Part shown: piece after piece, positions 58,529-64,000 of the stretch
How positions within the stretch are numbered: the stretch's first letter is position 1
How the letters are laid out: each line of letters opens with the position of its first letter
Assembly: GCA_963798325.1 (NCBI GenBank)
Contig: CAWCSS010000006.1
Location: 326,658 to 390,657 of the forward strand
Length of the DNA: 64,000 bases
Direction of reading: 5' to 3'
DNA from: an uncultured Solirubrobacteraceae bacterium
GTDB taxonomy: Bacteria > Actinomycetota > Thermoleophilia > Solirubrobacterales > Solirubrobacteraceae
Notes under the pieces: model-generated
Told to the model about the DNA's origin: nothing
The model's database searches: none
The model's input: the letters and a program-made list of their open reading frames with translations, nothing else
Position numbers and translations under genes: made by a program

Positions 58529-59512
58529 TCAGTTCAGGATCAGGTGCGCGTCACCGAACTCGTGCCAGTGGTAGCCGTGGGCGACGGCCGCGGCGTAGGA
58601 GCGCTCGAGCAGCCCGCGGCCGGCGATCGCCTCGAGCATCAACAGGTGCGACGCGTTGGGCTCGTGCCAGCCGGTGAGCAGGCCGTCGATCGCACGCGTG
58701 CCGCGTTCAGGCGTGATGACCAGGTCCGTCCAGCCCTTGCCGGGGTGGACGGTGCCGGTGGCGTCGGTCACCGTCTCGAGCGCGCGGACGACGGTCGTGC
58801 CGACGGCGATCACGCGGCCTTGGCGGTGGTTGATGCGGTCCGCCGTGTGCGCGGAGACCTCGTAGCGCTCCGGATAGGGCGGCTCGCTCGACTCCTGGCT
58901 GGAGACGCCGGTGTGCAGCGTGATCCGCTGGACGGCGACGCCCCGTTGCCGGAGGCGTTCGAGCACCCGCCTGGTGAACGGGCGGCCGGCGCTCGGCATC
59001 TCCGCGCTGCCGGGTTCGGTGGCGAAGATGGTCTGGTGGTCGGCGAGCGGGTGCGCGTGGGTCTCGTGGGCGTAGCGGATCGGCGAGCCGTGCTCGTCGA
59101 GGTATGCGTACAGCGGCTGCGGCAGGTCGAGGGTGGCGATCCACAGCGGGCTCAGGTAGGGCTTCTCGAGCGTCGCGCTGGCACCGCCGGGCAGCGTGAG
59201 CGTCTCTGCGGTCGCGGCCGTTCGGCGGCCGTTGGCGCGGACCTCCACAACCCAGCGGGACTCGTCGCCCGGGTCGGGGGTGGACAGGTGCAGGTCGACC
59301 TGTGTGCCGTTCGGCCTGCGCGCGGGCAACGCCGCCGGAAGCGTGGCCGACGCATTCACGATCAGCAGATCGCCCGCGCGCAGGTGGGTGGGGAGGTCGC
59401 GGAACGACGCGTGCACGAGCGGCCGGTCGCGCTCGGCGACCATCAGTCGCACCTCGTCGCGGGGCCGGTCGACCGCGGCCGGCTGGGGCAGTTCGAATCT
59501 CAGCGCGCTCAT
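58529..59512 (-). CDS. queA: QueA-like protein (SAM:tRNA ribosyltransferase-isomerase family)
   Basis: QTIFA..PGSAEMPSAG, TLHTG, AVGTTVVRALE, LTGWHEP and FGDAHLI. Confidence 0.85.
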   Translation of the reverse strand: MSALRFELPQPAAVDRPRDEVRLMVAERDRPLVHASFRDLPTHLRAGDLLIVNASATLPAALPARRPNGTQVDLHLSTPDPGDESRWVVEVRANGRRTAATAETLTLPGGASATLEKPYLSPLWIATLDLPQPLYAYLDEHGSPIRYAHETHAHPLADHQTIFATEPGSAEMPSAGRPFTRRVLERLRQRGVAVQRITLHTGVSSQESSEPPYPERYEVSAHTADRINHRQGRVIAVGTTVVRALETVTDATGTVHPGKGWTDLVITPERGTRAIDGLLTGWHEPNASHLLMLEAIAGRGLLERSYAAAVAHGYHWHEFGDAHLILN

Positions 59513-60171
59513 ACCGGCGCCCCCGTCAGCGCACGGGCCTGGTAGCGGCCGGAGGGCAGGTCGCCCTCGATCAGCGCCAGCAGGCCGGGCACGCTCGACT
59601 CCGGCGGCGGCCGGTCGGAGATGTCCTCGCCGGGGAACGCCTCCTGGTGCATGCGCGTGTTCATGTCGCCGGGGTCGACGGCGTAGACCTTGAGGTCGTG
59701 GCGCTCGACGGCGAAGATCGCGGTCAGGTGCTCGAGCGCGGCCTTGGCGCTCCCGTACCCGCCCCAGCCCTCATAGGGCTCGACGGCGGCGTCGCTGGTG
59801 ACGTTGACGATCCGGGCGGGGCGCGCGAGCTGGATCAGCGCGAGCGGTGCCAGCACGTTGACGTCGTAGACGTGGCGCAGGGTGTCGAGCGGGTAGTCGG
59901 TCAGGTGCGGCTGCGGGCTCGGCCCGAGCACGCTTGCGTTGTTGACCAGCAGATCGACCGACGGCCCGGCGGCGGCGACCAGCGCCTGACGATGCTCGGG
60001 ATCGGTCACGTCGCCGGCGATCGCGGTGACCTCCGGCAGTGCGGCGGCGACCTCGTTGAGGGTTCCGGCTTCGCGGGCGTCGATCACGAGCCGCCAGCCC
60101 CGCTCGGCCAGAGCCTTCGCAAGTGCAAGTCCAAGGCCCCTCGAGGCCCCGGTGATGATGGCGGTGGGCAT
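59509..60171 (-). CDS. Short-chain dehydrogenase/reductase
   Basis: TGASRGLG, NNAS, YGSAK and DPGDMNT; ATGA-coupled to the QueA-like gene. Confidence 0.92.
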   Translation of the reverse strand: MPTAIITGASRGLGLALAKALAERGWRLVIDAREAGTLNEVAAALPEVTAIAGDVTDPEHRQALVAAAGPSVDLLVNNASVLGPSPQPHLTDYPLDTLRHVYDVNVLAPLALIQLARPARIVNVTSDAAVEPYEGWGGYGSAKAALEHLTAIFAVERHDLKVYAVDPGDMNTRMHQEAFPGEDISDRPPPESSVPGLLALIEGDLPSGRYQARALTGAPV

Positions 60172-60231
60172 GCCATCGAAGCTACGCCCGCACCCGCCCG
60201 CTTCCCATCGTCAATTGGCCCTAGGACCGAA

Positions 60232-60285
60232 CCTAAAGGGGCCAGGCCCCGTCACCCTGCGTTGACGGGGCCTGGCCCCTTTAGG
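60232..60285. repeat. Inverted pair of REP-like variants forming a 23-bp perfect stem
   Basis: CCTAAAGGGGCCAGGCCCCGTCA-N8-TGACGGGGCCTGGCCCCTTTAGG; contains the TAA of the response regulator. Confidence 0.85.
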
Positions 60286-60907
60286 CGAGGCCGTGGCGGA
60301 CCGCGTAGAGGGCGGCCTGGGTTCGGTCGGTGAGGTCGAGCTTGGCGAGGATGTGGGAGACGTGGGTCTTGACCGTCTTCTCGGCCACGCCGAGCTCGAG
60401 GGCGATGACCTTGTTGGAGCGGCCCTTGGCGATCAGGATCAGGACGTCGCGTTCTCGCGGGGTGAGGTCATCGAGGTCGGCGGGTGCGCCGCCACCCTGA
60501 GCGATCTCCTCGACGACGCGGGTGGCGATCGTCGGGCTCAGCGGCGCGGTGCCGTCGTGGGCGGCGCGGATGGCTTTGACCAGTTCGGGCGGCTCGACGT
60601 CCTTGAGCAGGTAGCCGGCGGCGCCGGCGCGCAGGGCGGCGAAGAGCTTGTCGTCGTCGCCGAAGCTGGTGAGGACGATCACGCGGGCGCGGGTGCCCTG
60701 GAGGCGCTTCAAAGCGCCCACGCCGTCGAGGCGCGGCATCACGAGGTCGAGCAGGATCACGTCCGGGTCGGTGCGGCCGGCGGCGTCGACGGCCTGCTCG
60801 CCGTCGCCCGCCTCGGCGACGACCTCGATGTCGTCCTGGAGGTCGAGGAACGTGCGCAGGCCTTGGCGGACGACGGCGTGGTCGTCGGCGAGCAGGACGC
60901 GGATCAC
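60281..60907 (-). CDS. NarL/LuxR-family response regulator
   Basis: LLADDH, LLDLVMP and LTPRERDVL; GTGA overlap with the kinase. Confidence 0.93.
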   Translation of the reverse strand: MIRVLLADDHAVVRQGLRTFLDLQDDIEVVAEAGDGEQAVDAAGRTDPDVILLDLVMPRLDGVGALKRLQGTRARVIVLTSFGDDDKLFAALRAGAAGYLLKDVEPPELVKAIRAAHDGTAPLSPTIATRVVEEIAQGGGAPADLDDLTPRERDVLILIAKGRSNKVIALELGVAEKTVKTHVSHILAKLDLTDRTQAALYAVRHGLA

Positions 60908-62016
60908 GCCGGGACCTCCAGCCGCACGGTGGTGCCTTCGCCCGCGGTCGACGTGACCGTGAAGGTCCCGCCGAGCTCGGTCGCACGCTCGTGCATCGAC
61001 GTCAGCCCGAGCCGCTGGCCGCGGACCTCGGTGGGATCGAAGCCCGTGCCGTTGTCGCACACGGTCAGCGTGTGGCCTTCGAGCGTGACCTTGATGCACG
61101 TCGCGCCGGAGTGGCGCAGCGCGTTGCCGAGCGCCTCCTGGGCGATGCGCAGGATCTGGGTCGCGCAGTCCGGCGCGAAGCGCGGCACGTCGCGCACCTT
61201 GAGCACGATCGTCTGGCCCGACACCCGCCGCAGCACCTCGACATGCTTGCGCAGCACGGTGGCCAGGCCCTCGGCCTCCAACGAGGCCGGCCGCAGCTCG
61301 AAGACGACCGCGCGCAGCTCCTCCATCGCCCCGCGGGCGAGCTCGCTCACCCGCTTGAGCTCGGCCGCCGCACCTGCGCGGTCGCGTTCGAGCAGCGTCT
61401 GCGCGGACTCGGCGGCGAGCGCCACGCCGAACAGGTTCTGGGTCACGCTGTCGTGCAGCTCGCGCGCGAGCCGGTTGCGCTCCTCGACGATGCTCAGCTC
61501 CCGCGAGCGCTCGTGCAGGCGCGCGTTCTCGATCGCGATCGCCGCATGGGCGGCGAGCAGCGCGATCAGCTTCTCGTCCTCGGCGTCGAACATCGAGCCG
61601 TCGGTCTTCTCGGTGAGGTAGATGGCGCCGAGCACCTCGCCTTCGCGGGCGACGATCGGGACGCCCAGGAACGAGCGCATCTGCGGGTGCGCGCGCGGCC
61701 ACCAGCCGCGGAAGCGCGGGTCGGCGGTGATGTCGTCGGTGCGGTGCGGCCCGGGCTCGTGGAGCATCGCGCCGAGCATCCCGTGCGTGCGCGGGAGCGG
61801 CCCCATCGCCGCGATCAGCTCGTCGCTCATCCCGGAGGTGATGAAGCTCGCGAACGCGCCCTCGCCGTCGGGGATGCCGAGCGCGGCGTACTTCGCGCCG
61901 CCCAGCTCGCGGGCGGAGTGGACCAGGCGCTGGAGCACCGGCTCGACCTCGTGCTCGCTGGCGATCGCGAGCACGACGTCGCTCAAGGCGCGGAAGGCGG
62001 TGTCGGCCGAGGCCAT
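60904..62016 (-). CDS. GAF sensor histidine kinase (HisKA_3)
   Basis: HPQMRSFLGVPI, ERNRLARELHDSVTQ and QEALGN. Confidence 0.92.
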   Translation of the reverse strand: MASADTAFRALSDVVLAIASEHEVEPVLQRLVHSARELGGAKYAALGIPDGEGAFASFITSGMSDELIAAMGPLPRTHGMLGAMLHEPGPHRTDDITADPRFRGWWPRAHPQMRSFLGVPIVAREGEVLGAIYLTEKTDGSMFDAEDEKLIALLAAHAAIAIENARLHERSRELSIVEERNRLARELHDSVTQNLFGVALAAESAQTLLERDRAGAAAELKRVSELARGAMEELRAVVFELRPASLEAEGLATVLRKHVEVLRRVSGQTIVLKVRDVPRFAPDCATQILRIAQEALGNALRHSGATCIKVTLEGHTLTVCDNGTGFDPTEVRGQRLGLTSMHERATELGGTFTVTSTAGEGTTVRLEVPA

Positions 62017-62059
62017 CGGGGACCCACGGTACGCCGTCTTCGGCTCGCGTCCCATGGTC

Positions 62060-62755
62060 CTAGGACTTATTGAGCACGTAGGCACCGCCCGCCAGCGCGA
62101 GCACGGTGTAGCCCGCGAACAGGGCGAGCCCGGCGCCGGGGGCGATCGGGATGCTGTCCGGCTGCTCGACCGTGCGCTGGATCGCGAGGCCGGCGAACAT
62201 CGGGCAGAAGCGGGCCACGCTGAGGCCGAGGTCGGGCGGGAGCAGCGAGACGACGATCACCGGTAGATAGAGGACGCCGGTCGCGACCGACACGGCGGCG
62301 TTGGTGCCGCGCACGAGCGTGCCGATCCCGAGGCTCAGCAGCGCGACGAGCGCCAGGTAGGCGGCGCTGCCGGCGATCGCGCGCACCGAGATCGGCGCCT
62401 CGACGAACGGCCGCGCGGCCGCGAAGGCGGCGACGGTGGCGACCAGGCTCGCCGCGAAGGTGAGGGCGCCGACGGTCGCCGCCTTGGCCAGCAGCACGCG
62501 GATGCGGTTCGGGGTGGCGATGAAGGTCGTGGCGATCATGCCCGTGGCGAACTCGGCGCTGATCGCGGTGACGCCGAACCAGGCCGCGGCGAGCTGGCCG
62601 AAGTAGACGCCGCTGAGCAGGACCTCCATCGGGTCCCGAGCGTCGTGGGTGCCGCTGCTGATCAGGACGCTCAGCCCGACGGTGGTGACGATCAGCGCCG
62701 CGAGCACCGCCGGGGTGCTGCGCAGCGCGGTCAGCTTGGTCCACTCGCCGCTCAT
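62060..62755 (-). CDS. ABC-2 type permease
   Basis: EWTKL..LRST, EFATG and P.R..VL.AK; ATGA overlap. Confidence 0.85.
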   Translation of the reverse strand: MSGEWTKLTALRSTPAVLAALIVTTVGLSVLISSGTHDARDPMEVLLSGVYFGQLAAAWFGVTAISAEFATGMIATTFIATPNRIRVLLAKAATVGALTFAASLVATVAAFAAARPFVEAPISVRAIAGSAAYLALVALLSLGIGTLVRGTNAAVSVATGVLYLPVIVVSLLPPDLGLSVARFCPMFAGLAIQRTVEQPDSIPIAPGAGLALFAGYTVLALAGGAYVLNKS

Positions 62756-63442
62756 CGCGTCAGCTCGAAGTAGACGTCCTCCAGCCGGCGGTCGCCGACC
62801 AGCTCGCGCAGCGGTGCGTCGGCCAGCAGGCGGCCACCGGCGAGGACGAGCAGGTGGTCGGCCGTGTCCTCGATCTCGCCCATCAGGTGGCTGGAGACGA
62901 GCACCGTCCGGCCTTCGGCGGCGCAGCGCCTCATGAACCCGCGGATCCAGTGGATGCCCTCCGGGTCCAGGCCGTTGACGGGCTCGTCGAACAGCAGCAG
63001 CGGCGGGTCGCCGAGCAGCGCGGCGGCGATGCCGAGCCGCTGGCGCATGCCGAGGCTGTAGCCGCCGACCCGGCGGCGCTTCGCGTCCGCGAGACCCACG
63101 AGCTCCAGCGTCGCGTCGACCCGCCCCTCCGGGAGATCGTTCGAGCGCGGCGAGCCAGCGCAGGTGGTCGCACGCCCGCAGGCCGGGGTGGACGTTCGCG
63201 GCGTCCAGCAGCGCGCCGACCCTGCGCAGCGGGTGCTCGATCGCCGCGTAGGCCGCGCCGTCGATCGTCGCCGCGCCGCGGTCGGGGCGGTCGAGCCCGA
63301 GGATGATCCGCAGGGTCGTCGACTTGCCCGCGCCGTTGGGGCCGACGAAGCCCGTGACGCGGCCGGGCTGGAGGCTGAAGCTCAGGTCGTCGACGGCGAG
63401 CGTGTGCCCGAAGCGCTTGGTCACGTGGTCCAGGACGATCAT
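62752..63442 (-). pseudogene. ABC ATP-binding protein with a frameshift near 63140
   Basis: GPNGAGKS in one frame; [20 protein letters not shown] in another. Confidence 0.85.
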
Positions 63443-63552
63443 GGAGCGCAAGCTACGTTCGTCGTCGGGGCGTGTCGTCGCGCGGCAGAGCGGTCTTGGA
63501 CATCGCTCTCACGGGGGACGAAACGGTCGCCTGAAGCCGCGACAATCGTGGG

Positions 63553-64000
63553 ATGCCGCGGTTGTACTCGGAGCTCGGGCTCGTCGTGGTCGCGCTGATC
63601 GAAGGTTCGCTGTACCCGGCGAGCGACCGCGCGACGACGATCCTGATGGGGCTGCTGGCGACGGTCCCGCTGGTGATCATGCGGCGCCGGCTGAAGCTCG
63701 CGGCGGTGCTGATCACGTTCTCGACGGTGTTCGTGATCGGCACCAGGACGCCGCTCACCGGCGCGGGGATCGTCGCCCAGGCGTGGGTCTTCCTGCTGCT
63801 GGCCGAGCGCTATCGCGGCGTCGTCTCGATCTCGCTCGGCACCGGCATCGTCCTCGTCACGCTCAGCGACGGCGATCCTGGTCTGACCGGTGTGATGCTG
63901 ATCGCCGCGTGCGTGGGGGCGCTGGCGATCGGCCACTCCCGCCGTGTCGCGACCGTCGCCCGCGAGGAGCAGGCGGTGCTCGAGGAGCGGGCACGGATCG
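63553..64000 (+). CDS. Membrane sensor histidine kinase, N-terminal part (3'-truncated)
   Basis: MPRLYSEL... several TM helices ending at AVLEERARI, just before a HisKA_3 H-box; absent from the ORF track. Confidence 0.8.
   Translation, partial: MPRLYSELGLVVVALIEGSLYPASDRATTILMGLLATVPLVIMRRRLKLAAVLITFSTVFVIGTRTPLTGAGIVAQAWVFLLLAERYRGVVSISLGTGIVLVTLSDGDPGLTGVMLIAACVGALAIGHSRRVATVAREEQAVLEERARI

Overview
64 kb of high-GC chromosomal DNA. The gene content and the C-terminal '...GGTVPATLSL..TLSTTTP' domain suggest Thermoleophilia, probably Solirubrobacter (inference). About 55 CDS are present; no rRNA, tRNA, CRISPR array or transposase was found. Contents in order: glycosyltransferases; a probable defence locus (patatin, small HEPN-like protein and Rad50/RloC-like SMC ATPase, divergent from a SauUSI-like PLD-helicase-DUF3427 enzyme); c-di-GMP genes; MMPL/DMT/MFS/ABC transporters; two paralogous secreted double-amidases; two-component systems; DipZ/FrnE; an Rpf-like gene; queuosine-related genes; SigB-like sigma and SpoIIE-like phosphatase. 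Five genes carry frameshifts, probably from long-read indel errors. The best candidate for an undescribed system is a pair of micro-ORFs below the ORF-track cutoff, MGFKF* and MPRVKF*. Each has a ribosome-binding site and a downstream hairpin. One follows a membrane-sensor HD-GYP gene and the other an MFS transporter, which suggests peptide signalling into c-di-GMP. Also notable: a promoter-driven multi-stem small RNA at about 52.1-52.3 kb, a palindromic repeat family translated in-frame inside a MocR gene, and a 59-bp tandem repeat that preserves ATGA translational coupling.
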